The notes under the pieces are model-generated. The model saw nothing but the letters and a program-made list of their open reading frames with translations. It had not been told where the DNA came from and made no database searches. Positions 12,571 to 26,714 of a stretch of DNA of 64,000 nucleotides are shown piece after piece. The DNA lies in the NCBI RefSeq assembly GCF_001194135.2, contig NC_068989.1, positions 48,959,187-49,023,186 on the forward strand, in the 5' to 3' direction. The translations under genes and the position numbers were made by a program. The DNA comes from Octopus bimaculoides. Its lineage: Eukaryota. Positions within the stretch are counted from its first letter, which is position 1. Each line of letters opens with the position of its first letter.

Positions 12571-13154
12571 ATTTTGTGCAAATATTTCAAAATAGATGGT
12601 TAATTAATTGCAATTAGCAACATTTTAAAGTGAGAAATGATTAATGCATTATGTGCTCATAAATTTTAACTATCTTCAAATGAAAAAAAAAGAAAGCTTA
12701 TACATGCAAAGAAGAATTCGAACACTATGAAGTTGAGATTTAAGATAGCTGTTTATGTGAATTCTATACTGCATGTAGTCACGGGTCTATGAATGCCAAT
12801 ATAAGAAAAGAATTTTTATATGAGTAGTTAATGAAATTAGAACATACAAATATACCAACATATAGCTATCTGTTACAAGTTAATGAGGTAGCACCTCATA
12901 GTGGTTAGATCTATAAGAAACAGCAGCCACATTCCCTACTATCTTAAAACAGGAAGGACATATTGGACAATGAGGCCCTGTATAAAGCTGGAATGTTTTT
13001 GATCACAGGTTCGTTCAACCAGTTCTGACTTAGGCTTAAAAGTAATAACAACTAGAATATAAATAAATAAAAACATGCATATATATACCCACATACACAC
13101 ATAGTACATTTGGGTTAATACACGAGTCACAAGAGTATATAATATGTTCAGTAG

Positions 13155-13195
<41 letters not shown>

Positions 13196-14269
13196 GTAAG
13201 CGTGTAAGTTATCTAAGAATCCATAAGTCAGGAAAAAATGCACTTGTATATCTGTCAATAGAGTGGGTATATTATCCGAAGCGTACAGTATTATATAGCC
13301 ATTATAGCTGATCTTACAAATCGGTTTCATGCTAGGGAAAATGTATATTAATTTCGAAGCTAAAAGTTTTTCATAAATTATTCTGTAACCTTGACAAGAT
13401 AAAACACAATTAACTTCTGAAGGGCTTTCAACTTTAAAAAAATAATACATATGTGTGCATGCATGTGTGTCTGTAGGTGTATGAGAGAGAGTGAAAGAAG
13501 GAGTGAAGGAGACAGTACAGTGTGTACAGGATGGAGAACATTTTTGAGCTATGAGGCCTCCACTACACAGCTGGTAAAACTATGAATAGCAACAAGAGAA
13601 TGGAAAACCTCCACCAAATTGGTAACTGTAAGTTATAAACTGGCAGCCTGAGAAAATGACATATTTGTTATCTCTCAACCTGTGGCCCGAGACAGGACTG
13701 TATAAACAGGAGGTAGGGCAATGGTTAGTGGGAGAGGATATAATTGTTGTTTGTTGATCAATCTCTTATGTAGATATATATATGTGTGTGTGCTGAAACA
13801 CACACACAGAATCACGAACATAAATATACAAACATGCATACATTGATAAATACATATACTAAGACAATACATGTACACACATAGTTCCACATTATTAATA
13901 CAAATATTTTTACAAATATAATCATATATGCACACACAGACAATTGATATAATCATATACACATTGTGTGTATATCTTGAATTGATTTCAAGATATACAC
14001 ACAAGTGCTATAAACACACACACACACACAAATATGTGTGTGTGTGTGTGTGTGTCTATATATGATCATATATGCAAAAATATATGTATTATTGATGTGT
14101 GTATGTGTATCTAGGTGAGCCTATCTATATCTTTACATGAAAGATTGATCAGCACATGTGCGCATGTGTGTAGACAAAAATAAAGAAAGAGAGATATATC
14201 AATCACACAAAGTACAATTGATATATATATATGTATTGTGTGTGAGTAATTTATGTATTCATATGTGTG

Positions 14270-14274
<5 letters not shown>

Positions 14275-14361
<87 letters not shown>

Positions 14362-14381
14362 CACACACACACACACACACA
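14275..14381. repeat. Long (TA)n(CA)n microsatellite, representative of dozens in the window
   Basis: Direct reading. Other long tracts lie near 12375-12440, 41178-41218, 53625-53662, 57785-57858 and 59632-59720. Confidence 0.95.
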
Positions 14382-14851
14382 AGCACACATATCTAACATG
14401 AATAACATACAATAATAGATAACAAGAAGAAGAACAATGACAAAAACAACATTAAGCAAAAAGCAATGCAACACAGCCATACAACACAAACACACACATG
14501 CATGCAACATACTCATACATCCACATAACAGCAAACCCATATAATATAGTCATACACATACACACAGAGATCACACATATTCACACAACCAACATCCACG
14601 CCTACTTCTCTAATCTATAGACTTGGCTAAAATAATCTACTGACAGATAAACTGGCTGCAATTGAAGAGATATCACCCTATTATGTAAGATAGAATCCCA
14701 TTAAAATATTGCTTTATATTGGAAGCAACAAACAAACATTAAAACGGAGGTGTAGAAGAAAATGTCCGTTAAGACTAAAATATCAGAAAATCTCCAGAAG
14801 ACAAAACAATTACTTTACAGCAATTTTGTGTATCTTTTTTTATTATTTTAA

Positions 14852-14890
<39 letters not shown>

Positions 14891-14899
14891 GTTGTTGTT

Positions 14900-15575
14900 G
14901 TTGTTACTATGGGAGCTGGCAGAATTGAGCATCTGAGAAAAAAAATGGCTTCTTGAAGTATTTCTTCTAGCTCTTCATATTGCAAATTTAAATTCTACCA
15001 TTGTCAAATTTGCCTTGCATCTTTCTTGGGTTAATAAAATAAAACACCAGTCAAATATAGGAGTACATGTAGTTGACTAACACCCTCCTCCTTAAAATGC
15101 TGGCACTGTGCCAAAATTCGAGACAATTATGATTATTATTATTATTACCATTATCATCTAAAGTGGCAAGTTGGCAGAATCGTTAGTAATACTTAGTGGT
15201 ATTTTGCCCGTCACTATGTTCTGAGTTCAAATTCCGCCAAGGTCAACTTTACTTTCATCCTTTTGGGGGTCGATAAAATAAGTACCAGTAGAACACTGGG
15301 GTCGATGTAATTGACTAACCCCGTTCCCTCAAAATTGCTGCCCTTCTGGAAAAATTTGAGACCATTATTATTATCATAAAGGTGTCAAATTATTAGAACC
15401 ACTAGATCAGACAAAATGCTTAGTGACATTTCTTCCAGCTCTAAGTTCGAATCCTGCTGAGGTCATTCAGTTAGCCTTCCATCCTTTTGAGCTCGATAAA
15501 ATAAGTACCAGTCAAATACTGGGGCCAATGTAATTGACACACCTCACTTCCTAAAATTGCCGTCCTTGTACGTAA
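14900..15575 (+). mobile_element. Head-to-tail cluster of 3 family-A SINEs
   Basis: Three successive family-A bodies, each preceded by an ATT-rich tract. Confidence 0.75.
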
Positions 15576-15846
15576 AAAAAAAAAAAAAAAAAAATCATTA
15601 TTATTGACTGTTCAAGCAAACACAGACTGCTGTCGGAGCTTCTATAAAAAATGAATTTTTAACAAGATTACTTTATGAAGGAAAAGTTTTTTTGTTATAA
15701 TTTTCCTACCAGGTTTCTACTGCTCAAGAAAAAGGAGAAGGAATGGGCAAGGTAAGCAAAAAAAAAAAAAGAAGTTTTTCTTTGCTCAAGAAATTTGCCT
15801 AGAAAATATTGCAAAGGTGATATACCATTGATTTTCTTGAAGTGAG

Positions 15847-16260
15847 ATGAAATCCTCGAAATCTCCAAAAGAAGAGTTGAAGCAGGCCCTGGTTGATGTA
15901 TTGCAGAATGTGTTTCCCCAACAAAAGCAGGGCATATGGAAGTGTGTCACAGATAGCTTACAACAAAAGTTGAGTTAAGAAGAGAGACACAGCTCATGTA
16001 CTACATGCCAGTCCACAGGCAGATGTGACACCGGAACTGCCCCTTGTTTTTCATGTCAGATCAGCAGTAAAATATGGGAGGTGGTGACCTGCAACAATAT
16101 GTGGCCAAGTAGTGTTTGAATGGATGTCAGGGAGTGGATGGCTTCCAAGTAGCAGTTCCACTATATCATCTTGCAGTAATGAGAAAGAGATGGACTCTGT
16201 AGAACAGGGGGTGGGGGAAGAAAGAAAGAAAGCAGTAAAAGAAAATAAATTTGCTCAGAC
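15847..16260 (+). pseudogene. Decayed ORF relic: helical block followed by a Cys-rich block; probably transposon-derived
   Basis: One frame reads MKSSKSPKEELKQALVDVLQNVFPQQKQGIWKCVTDSLQQKLS*EERHSSCTTCQSTGRCDTGTAPCFSCQ...WEVVTC, with several in-frame stops. Confidence 0.3.
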
Positions 16261-18358
16261 AAAAAAAAAAAAAAAGCAAGTTACTAACAGTTCTCTGTAG
16301 CAGGGCATCTATCTACCTGCAAGACCTCATCTTCATGGTTTTACAAGCCAGCAATTAGAAGCGGATAAAGCTGTTGAATGATCTGAAGGTGAACAAGAAA
16401 TATACTGTGCTGATTGGAGAGAAAATGTACACTCACTCCAAGACTAATACACTATTAGTGAAGACTTACTGATAGCCTATCAACAGTTAAAGAATGTATG
16501 AGTTCTTGCATCTCAGCCAACCAAAGATAGTCACAGACAGATTTTCAGAATTTAGTTTTCAGAAAGTGACCAATGTTGCAACATCCAATTTTTGTGTGGA
16601 TGGGTTCCTCTAAACAGTGTTTTGTGTACTAAATTTTCAACCAGTTTTAATATACAGTATTATATTTTTGCTCCAACTCTCATCTATTACATATGCTATC
16701 ATAAGGGGAATGATCTGGAAGCAGAATCACCAACTGAATAATGTTAGGTCACTAAATTTAGATGTATTAGCTACAAACAAGATCAGCCATCTATACTCTC
16801 TGGAATATTGGCAAAAAGGAAATCTAAGGGAACATTTTAAGGTATATGATTTTGGAATGTCATTATCAGCACCGAGTTGATGAACACTGCCCTAAAGCCA
16901 TTTGGTTTTTGTTTTATTAGAAAATGAATTAAAGAAATTTTAGAAAGACAAATAATTATACAATAACAACAAGACATTAAAGTTGAAACATGAGAGTAGC
17001 AAGATGAAATAAAAAAAAAAAGATAAATCAAAAATAAAAGAAAAAATATATGCAGTAAAAAAATTCTAATACAGCATGCATCAACAATCTTGAAGGGTGA
17101 CCTGAGGCTAAACAACAAAACAACATACAGTGCTAGAAAGGTTTGTATTTGTTTTCGTACATTTTTATCTGTTTTGAGTGCTTCAGGGAAGGAGAATGAG
17201 TGATTTAAAATTTTCTGAAAGAAGATTCAGAAAAGGAGAATGAGATAAATTTTGGTTTATTTTGCACTTGAAAATGCTCAGGGGAAGGATGGAGGGATGG
17301 TGGTAAGGGGGTAAGGGGGTGGATATGCTCATAAGTTGTTAGTGAAATTCAGAATGCTGCAGTTAAATAAAACTGTGTGCAAAGTGCTGAGAGACGAGGG
17401 ACAAACACTAAAATGAAAAGAGTAAGAAAGAGAGCACAACTCAGTCAAGTATTGAGTACTAAAGAGCTACAGTAATAGAGAATCCTATATACACACAGCC
17501 AACCAAGTGTAAGAGACTGTGAGTGTATTCATATGGGTGGAGAGGCATAGGAAGAGTAGACAACAGGGGTGTCTAGTGATATAGCAAGTTCCAAGTAGAT
17601 GTGGTTTTGGAAGAGAAAAGAATAAAGGGAAAGAGAAAGGGAGAGGGGGAGCGAGGAAAAGAAAGAACATTAGTGAAGTTGATGAGTAAAAATGGGTAAA
17701 TGGAGAAAGAGACATGCCAAGGAGTGAGTTTGAATTTCATACATTTCAAAGAAAGAAACAATTACATATAATAGTCAATTGAGACAAGAGGAAGAATAAC
17801 ATTTAACATAGCAGGAAGTGTAAAGAAATGTCAAGTAGTTAAGTTTGAGTCAGTGAGATCTGACACCAGTCAATCTAATAGAGAAGAAGCCAAGGAAACA
17901 GTTATCGGAGGATGCTAAACAGCCATAGCGAGGGTTAGAGATTGTTGGGGGAGTGATTAAAAGTAAGTGTTACCTAAAGATACAATATAACACCTCTAGC
18001 ACAATACAGATATTAAAAACTTAATGCTATGATTTCTAAATTGTTCTATGTTGTAGCCATTGCATTTCAGAATATTTCTTTGTTTTTACTAGACATTTAC
18101 AAAAGAAATGATAGCAAAGTGGAAAGCTATAGAAAACTCTTCCTTCTCCTCTTCTGCGTATGCAGCATGCGAATATGTGCATACATATACATATACAACA
18201 TCCACCCACTCCCACATATATTGATTTCTTTCCTAGGCACAAGGTTACAAATTTGCAGGAAGGGAACAGCCAATTATATCATACCAGTACCTGATAGACA
18301 CATATATTTACACATTGTTGCATAAGCATTCATACACACCTGCACATATTTTAATGCA

Positions 18359-18415
<57 letters not shown>

Positions 18416-18570
18416 AGAGAGAGAGATAGGGGGAGAAGGAGAGGGAGAGAGAGGAAATTTGATTTGGGGTTTGAAAATGCACCTGAATCTGAAAAATGTG
18501 TAACTGTTTTTAAATAGGGAATACACTTCTTCTTTCCATATATATATACGTTTTAATATATATATATAAA

Positions 18571-18609
<39 letters not shown>

Positions 18610-19599
18610 TTTTATATATATCTATATCATCATTTTTAACATCCACTTTCCCATACTTACATAGTTCAGATGGAATTGGTTGAGGGAGGTTTTCTACAGC
18701 TGGATCCCACCAACCTACTGCTAATCCTCACATATTTCCATATAAAGAAATAATTGCCCATGGCCAGACATCTTTTCACAGGAGACTGGGCATGAAGGAC
18801 ACCACTTGAAAGACAGTAACATTCACTTTCAATTTTTGCACAATGGTGAGACAAGGAAATACAAATGTCAGCAAGCACACACACACAAAGCTTTTGTTAG
18901 TTTCCACTTGGTTGGTTTTAGACTATAGTAGAAGAGACACTTGCCCAAAATTCCATGCAGCAGAACTGAACCCAAAACCATGTAGTTGGGAAGTGGTACC
19001 TGCATATATGAACATGCATGAATACTAGTGGTGAATTTGCCATTACTCCAGCTAAATTACTCTAAATCATATCAGTTTGTACCTGTGTGTGTGTGTGTGT
19101 GTGTGTGTGCGTGCGTGTGTGAGACAGAGAGACAGACAGAGCCAGAAAGTGTGATATATGTACGTAGATGTGTTCTCCATGAAATGTATATATTCATATG
19201 TGATCATATAATAGCATGTGTGAGTGTATATGTGTGTGTGTGTGTGTATTTCATTGTCACTCACTGCACGCATACAGTAAAGTACGAGCAAATAGAGCAA
19301 CCCCATGAAATGATGTTACTTGAAACATAAATACACAATCATCAAACAATAATTCTGAATGGCATCTATGGTAGAACTGCAGCTGGTTGGCTGACATATA
19401 GAACTGAAAACACATGAATAGGAATTGTATCACAGTGAGTCTGCTGAAAGCTACCAACAACATAGTCCATGCTAGTTGTTACAGAGCAGACAATGTAAAA
19501 CTACTTACAGATTGAATGACTCATTACAGATGCCATATATATAAATGGAAAATAAATAGAAAGACAAGACCAAAGACATAATATGCTTAATGAAAAAGT

Positions 19600-19950
19600 T
19601 GAAGTTAAAGTCTGCAAAGGTGTTTAATAAGGAGTCCATTTACCATTTGCAGTTTACTGTGGCACTTTCTTCATGAAATAGCAGACTTGAAGATCAGATA
19701 TTCCTATGAAGTTCTAATATAAGTAAAATGTATTCGTTCTTCTGGATGAAAATATATATGGGAAAAAAAAAATCAATAGAAAAACTGCAAAAGCTGCTGG
19801 ACATTAAAGAGCTAAAATACCATGTGATAAACCTTCTATGGCTGCTGGCAATACACATAATGGCCACTACACATAGCTAGTTTCACTGTAAATCAAATGC
19901 TCAATGAGATATGGAAAAGAGGAATGGAGGGGAAGGTATGAAGTAAGATT
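19600..19950 (+). mobile_element. Highly decayed LINE RT-like fragment
   Basis: Remnants resembling KGVxQG..SPxLF and IEKLQKLLD among many stops. Confidence 0.25.
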
Positions 19951-22900
19951 AAATGTGCATATATAAATGTAGAACATGAATGACTGTGTCAATAAAGTAA
20001 AAAGGCAATGAACTGAGACTTCAATAGTTTGCATCTTGCTACTCAGGTGTGTTGAAACAGTGGCCAATTCAACTTTGTAAAGCCCAATCCACCAAACTAT
20101 TAACAGAGGTCACAGGGCAGGAACAACCTACTATTGTGAGCATCTATACCAGTTGAAAATTGAAGTGTGCTCCTAACTCCTCTTTGGGGTGGAGGATGGG
20201 GGTAGCTTGTAGGATTAAGCTGTCAACACACAAAAACAGTCTCTTTGTTATGCCGTTTATGACTCAAAAGCTACTCAACATCATATAACATGCTTGCATT
20301 TACCTGCATGAATACATCTATGTTCAGGGAATGTATAAATGCACATAGGTATGTTAAGAGGATAACCTATGCATACTTTTAAAAAGGAAACTGACTCAGT
20401 TGTCCTAATATTTGACTATCTACTTTTAGGTTAACTGTTCAGTAGTCATTGATTTCATTTTAACTCTTAATTCTATGTCCTGCAGATTGTTTGGTTGATT
20501 AAGCAGTGGATCACTGGGGCATGACTGATCACTTTATTTTTCCTCCTGTCGCGTTGAGGGTGAGTTAACCAGGCAGAAGCTATTTATGTCATAGCTAAAT
20601 CCACATTAAGATTTCAATTCAACACAGCAAGTTAATGAACCATAGTCTATTACAGAGTGATCTCACTGTTTACTTTCTATACATGGTATCTATACAAAAA
20701 CAGGCAGACTATGCTGTTGTTTTCACTATGGATGCAATGAAATTATTTTATGCAGTCTATACATTCAACTCTTTGGTCCATATCTAGAAGTCTTTTGGTA
20801 AAATCACATTGATAAAGTAACAAATGAGCACGGGAATTTTAGTGTCCAGCATTCTGTAAGATCACCAGGAGAGAGAGAGGAACTCCTTGGGTTTTGTTAA
20901 ACCATGTCTCTGAGAGAAGACACTACTGTATTAACTATACCAATGGTATAATTGGGTGGGCAGCCTCAAAAAGGAGCTGGATGTGGAGAAAGATAACTAT
21001 GAACATTAACTTGTGAAGGGGCAAAACTCAGCTAATTGAGTCAAGCCTGACAATAATCAAAGAAGAAAATATGGAACCCATCAACTCTGATCATCTTCAA
21101 AAAGAGTCTGAAAATGCAGTCAATAGGTTGTATCTGAAGACCCCTGATGCTTAGCCCCAAGGAAGGGGATATTCATTGATTCACTGGTGGTGGGTAGAAG
21201 TGAAAACTGAAATTGACCCAAAAAACAAATGACATTCAAACCTTCATTTCAAAAGAAGTTAAGGGAAGCAGCTCCTTCAGATGTGTCCTTAACTTATCTT
21301 CCCCAACAAACATATATCTTAGTTTCAGCCTTTAAGTATTTTATACACATCAATTTACAGATTATGAGATGTATAAAATAGAAAGTAGTGACAAATATAA
21401 TTATCTTTAATGGTTATTAATATTTTTCTGTTTTGTTCCTTCATACCTCTCCTCCCTTCAGTCTCTCTCAACAAAGTCTGTGTGCTCTTGACCAAGGAGG
21501 AGGGCGAATCATAGCCTTACACAACCAATAATATAAATTGATCTAGCAGACCAAGAGAACATTATGATACAAACAATCAGCTTATCTTATGACACCACCC
21601 CATCAACCCACCATGACCACTAGTCTTTCAACTGATAATATTTCCAGTTCCCAAAACTACCACCATCACCACCAACACTTCAAATACTTGATGAATACTT
21701 TATCAATATTAAATCAATTTCAAAAGCTAAATAGAGTAACAACACACACACACTAAAAAGAGAGAAAAGGACCAGAAACATTTTAGTTCTAGCACAGTGA
21801 TTAATTGGAATAGATCCAAAACCATAACTTTTATTTTCCTCCACCCACTACCAGAAAAGAAAAAAAAAATCATAGAATTTAGTGGTAAGAGACTGGAGAT
21901 AACAAAAAGCAAAAAAGAAGATAGCAAACAAATAAAAAAAGAGTAAATCAATGATAAAAGAATATATCTTTTTAAACACAAGTTTGAATTTGTTTAACCC
22001 TACCACACAACTCATTTCCAAATCATTGGTCTGTTTCAGATATAAGATTTTGTAGCATCAAGAATATTTTAGTTAAGTCCTCTAGTTTCTTTTTCAATAT
22101 GTTATCCTAATCATCTCTTCTTTTTTGCTTTTTGTGCTCCATTAAATCTTGAAAAGATCTTTTTTTTTTTAATGTTTTCAAATTCCATCAAGGTTTAACT
22201 ACATCTTATTACTATTTGTACAACTAGATGCATATACAGCAATGCAATCAGTATATGTTGTGTTCAGTTGTTTCAGAAAAATTCAAAGATCATTAGAAGA
22301 AATTACCTTGACAAGTAATTATCTTTCTAACCATGAACATGAAACATCAAGTACACTAGATATGACAGCAGATGAATAGCAAGACAATGGCACAGCTATG
22401 AAGATGAAGTTATATGAAGAACAGATAATAAGGAAAGCAAAATTCCTGGAAGTAGTTCAAGACTTAGTATGCCAACATCAACTGAAAATGGAGTTGTAGA
22501 GATGGTAGAATTAAGAGTGATCTAAACCATAAATTTTAAACTGTTTTAGAAAGAAAACAAAGAAGAATTGGTTAAAAAGTATTAAGATAGAATATAACCA
22601 ATCAAAGACTTAATGGTTCATATCTTGTCAGGGGCACTGCATTACATACATAACAGGACAGTTTCACTGAGTTACCAACAGCATCTAGCAGCATAGTAAA
22701 ATTGAAGAGAAGTCTATCAACTTATTCTGAGATCAATGTGAATGTATTTTATGTTGAACTTTGGACTCATAGATGTAAGAACTTTACAAATCTTTTGTCT
22801 CCTTTCTATTTAATTCCTCTTTGTTTTTCTTCTGTCATCATCATCCCCATCACCAACATATACATATTATATATTTATTTAAATTATTATCAATAAGTAT

Positions 22901-23521
22901 TTTTATTAATAGAAGTTAGTAAAGGTATATCATCTTCTATTTTTCTTTTCTTGTAGAGGCTAGTATTGTATCATTAGAAATGTCATTCACTACGTATTTA
23001 TAAACTCTCTCAAAATATATTTGAAATATATGGTCATAGGAAAAGTCTATTGATATTAGATTCTTGCTAAGTTGATGATGTATTTAACCATTATGGTATA
23101 TGATAACAGGGGGGGGGGAGTCAATTTATCAAAAACAGTTACTCAAAAATGAAACAACTGATTTCTGTAGCAGTTGCTTCAATCAACAATTAATTGCAGC
23201 AATTTGAAAACAGGAAATAGGTTAAAGGGAAAAAAGGTTATATATGTCATCGTTTATTAAAATATATTTTTTATTGCTATGTTATACTATAAACTAACAT
23301 TATGAGCAATTGCGTACACATGCATATATGTATGTATACATGTATGTATGAGTGTGAGTATGTATCTATGCATTTGTGTGAAACAGTTGTATGTATGAAG
23401 TAGAAATATAAAAATAAAGTAGAGGTTTCAATAATTCTTCACAAAGTATTTATTGCTTACAAGATGAACATCAAACACAGCTGTCTGATACAGTAACAGA
23501 AAATCTAATGTTTAGTTCTTA

Positions 23522-23680
23522 GCAGTGAAGACTTCTGGTATTCTTGGTCTGCAGACCATTTCCCAGCTTACTGCTATTGGGGTGGAGATGGCTATCCACA
23601 AGTGTGAGCCCCACGAGTCAGAGTGGCTATTCCAGCACATCTCTCTCAACATCCTCTGAGGTAATGCCTTTTCCATTTGG
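23522..23680 (+). mobile_element. 3' fragment of a CRE-like non-LTR retrotransposon (restriction-like endonuclease C-terminus)
   Basis: AVKTSGILGLQTISQLTAIGVEMAIHKCEPHESEWLFQHISLNIL*GNAFSI fits the AVETxG...QRISxxIQRGNA signature. The TGA is probably CGA lost by CpG decay. Confidence 0.6.
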
Positions 23681-23779
23681 TTTGTTGTGACTGTGAGGCA
23701 GTCTGAATCACAAGAAATCAAGAGAATGTAAGAATTTGTCAGCTTACTTCATGAACAATAAACCTATACAACTCCTCTT

Positions 23780-24045
23780 TATTCATCATCATCATCACCA
23801 TCATCATTTAACCTCTGCTTTCCATGCTAGCATAGGTTGGATGATTTGACTAGGGACTGGCGAAACGGATGGCTACACCAGACTCCAATCTGATTTGGCA
23901 GAGTTTCTACAGCTGGATGCCCTTCCTAACGCTAACCACTCTGAGAGTGTAGTGGGTGCTTTTTATGTGCCATCGGCACTAGGGCCAGTCCAGCGGTACT
24001 GGCAACGGCCACTCTCAAATGGTGTTTTTTATGTGCCACCTGAAA
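23780..24045 (-). mobile_element. Family-D SINE/LINE-tail repeat
   Basis: (CAT)n tail plus strong similarity to 10390-10600. Confidence 0.75.
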
Positions 24046-24324
24046 GCTAAGTGAAAATGTTTACTGGGTCTAGTTGTGATGTCCAGCAGCTGGTTGCTGA
24101 AAGGTTGTTGACATGCTGCTGATTGTGTTCAAGCCCTTGTTGGGAGGACATTCATTTCTTTTTGCCTGTTTTGGTGAGGGGTTAATTTGGGTTTTNNNNN
24201 NNNNNNNNNNNNNNNNNNNNNNNNNNNNNNNNNNNNNNNNNNNNNNNNNNNNNNNNNNNNNNNNNNNNNNNNNNNNNNNNNNNNNNNNNNNNNNNNNNNN
24301 NNNNNNNNNNNTTTTTTTTTTTTT

Positions 24325-24710
24325 CTCTTTACTTGTTTCAGTCATTTGACTGTGGCCAAGCTGGAGCACCACCTTAAAGGTTTTGTTTTAGTCAAAGAAA
24401 TTAACTCCAGAACTTATTCTTTATAAGCCTAATACTTATTCTATGAGTCTTTTTTGACGTACTGCTAAGTTACGGGGACATAAACACACCAACATTGGTT
24501 GTCAAGCGATAGTGGGAACAAAAACACACACACACACATATATATACACACTCAATGGGCTTCTTTCGGTTTCTGTCAACCAAACCCACTCACAATGCTT
24601 TGGTCGGCCTGAGGCTATAGTAGAAGACACTTGCCCAGGGTGCCACAAAGTGGAACTGAACATGGAACCATGTGGTTGGGAAGCAAGCTTCTTACCACAG
24701 AGCCATGTCT
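24325..24710 (-). mobile_element. Family B/C SINE
   Basis: Same bipartite layout as 12175-12570. Confidence 0.75.
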
Positions 24711-25139
24711 ACAACTATTTATTTTTCTTTTTGTGGTCTAGAATTGTTTTTTTTTGTATTTGATTTAGTATCATGAAATTTAAAAAAGTATTTCAGAAAA
24801 CAAGAATTCCTTTGGAATAGAATGAATTTCAATTATTTCTCAAGCTGTCAAGCTTTCTATGAATACAGTGAGGAAATGGTTTTTAAAAGAGTCATTTATA
24901 TTTCAATCAGTATATTTTATTAAGAACAAAGGACAGATCAGAAGAGAAATGGTTCTGGCTAGTACGACAGCTAAGTGGCATCAGGGTAGAGCTTGTGAAA
25001 TATGCATTTCTGCTCACATTTAATTACAGCAGCTGAAAACTGGTTAGAGAGATAGTGGGTAGGGGAGATTTCTTGAGGACGAAATTGGGGAGGTAGAAGT
25101 TGTGTGCATGTGTGTGTATATATGTGTGTGTGTGTGTGG

Positions 25140-25188
<49 letters not shown>

Positions 25189-25204
25189 TATAACACTCAG
25201 CTTT

Positions 25205-25535
25205 TATCTTTTACTTGTTTCAACCATTAGACTATAGCCATGCTGGGGCACTGCCTTGAAGAATGTTTGCTTGAATAAATCAACCCCAGTTTTTTAAGTC
25301 TGGTACTTATTCTATCAGTTACTTTTGCCAAACCACAAAATTACAGGGACATAAACACATCAACATCAGTTGTCAAGTGGTGGCGCAACACACACACACA
25401 ATGGGCTTCAGTTTCCATCAAATCTACTCACAAAGTTTCAGCTGACCTGAGACTATAGTAGAAGAAACTTGCTTGAGGTGTCACACAGTGGGACTGAGCC
25501 TGGAACCTGCAATCTACTTAATACATAGCCACAAC
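25205..25535 (-). mobile_element. Family B/C SINE
   Basis: Same bipartite layout, with a (CA)n linker. Confidence 0.7.
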
Positions 25536-26681
25536 TGCACACACACACACACTGTGCTTTCAGAATTTTCGTTTCACCAAGATGAGCAGGTTTTCTTGAG
25601 AAATGCATATCATGTCATTTTTGTCTTTTGTGATCTTTATCAAGAGGTTCAAGGTCTCATGTTTTCTAGAGTTTCCATCTTGCACAGGCTCAATCTGCAT
25701 TATGAGATAAACACTTTCTTATACAGCTACCCCCATTCATATGTATCACATGTCCATATCACCATATAGTCTTCTTTCTTGTACATTACATTTTTATTTC
25801 TCCTACACCCAGTTTTCTCTCAATGCATTTGTACTTTGTCATTGATGCATTCAAGAACCATGTCTCACAAACATGCAGCATCACAGTTCTAACACATATG
25901 TTATACAATCTTCCCTTTAGTCAGAGGGAAAAGACCTTTGTTTTCATCAATGGTTGTAGCTCTCTGAACTTTTACCAACCTATTCTTACTCTGGCTACTA
26001 TACTTCCAGAGCAACTACATCCCCTGTTAATTATATCTCTCAGATAACAAAATATACTTCATCTAGTGTTCCATACTGGTGTACTCAAAGTATGTACTGC
26101 TCCAGTGATTCACATATGAAGCTTAGTTTCATTGTAAAGCTGCCTGTGATCCCACTATATCAAGTGTGTCCATAGCTTATATACCTGCTCCTTTTCTGCA
26201 CATTGAGCAAGGCCATTTCTTGGAAGATGACAGGGATCCAGTAGTCTTTTTTCTAAAACATTAGACACACACAAATAGTCAAATTTAAACACACACACAC
26301 AAGTATGAATGTATTCATTTGAAACTAATGATATACTCATTTGCTACTCAGGATTCATTGCTATTTATAATGCTTAAGTTACAGGATCATAGAATAAAGT
26401 CACAAGATATCAAATTGTTTGATTTTCATTGGCTGCCAGATGCCTTTATCATTTGACCAAACCAACAACCAATAAAAATCGAAAAATTCCCCTTACCCAT
26501 GTTTTTAGTGCATAAATCCTCAACTAAGCTCCTCCATTTATCCTCTTGTCACTGAAAGATTAGACATGGTGGGGGAACTCTGATAAATGGGGTGAAACAT
26601 CAGTTTTGAATGAATAAATAAACTGTATTACATGTACTGAATACTTTTTTTCTCATTTCTTTACTCACAAGTAAGTATGTG

Positions 26682-26714
<33 letters not shown>

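Noticed and set aside
13195-13450. Possible hammerhead (GAAACCGATT on the minus strand)
   Set aside because: No CUGANGA core or stem I partner was found.
14111-14540. ORFs made of YIYI, CVCV, HTHT, ERER or poly-L/N runs, here and throughout the window
   Set aside because: These are translations of (TA)n, (CA)n, (GA)n and (ATT)n microsatellites.
26490-26600. Strong minus-strand donor ATGG|GTAAGG with upstream acceptors
   Set aside because: All frames are closed; the peptide DKWRSLVEDLC looks like a LINE 3' end relic.
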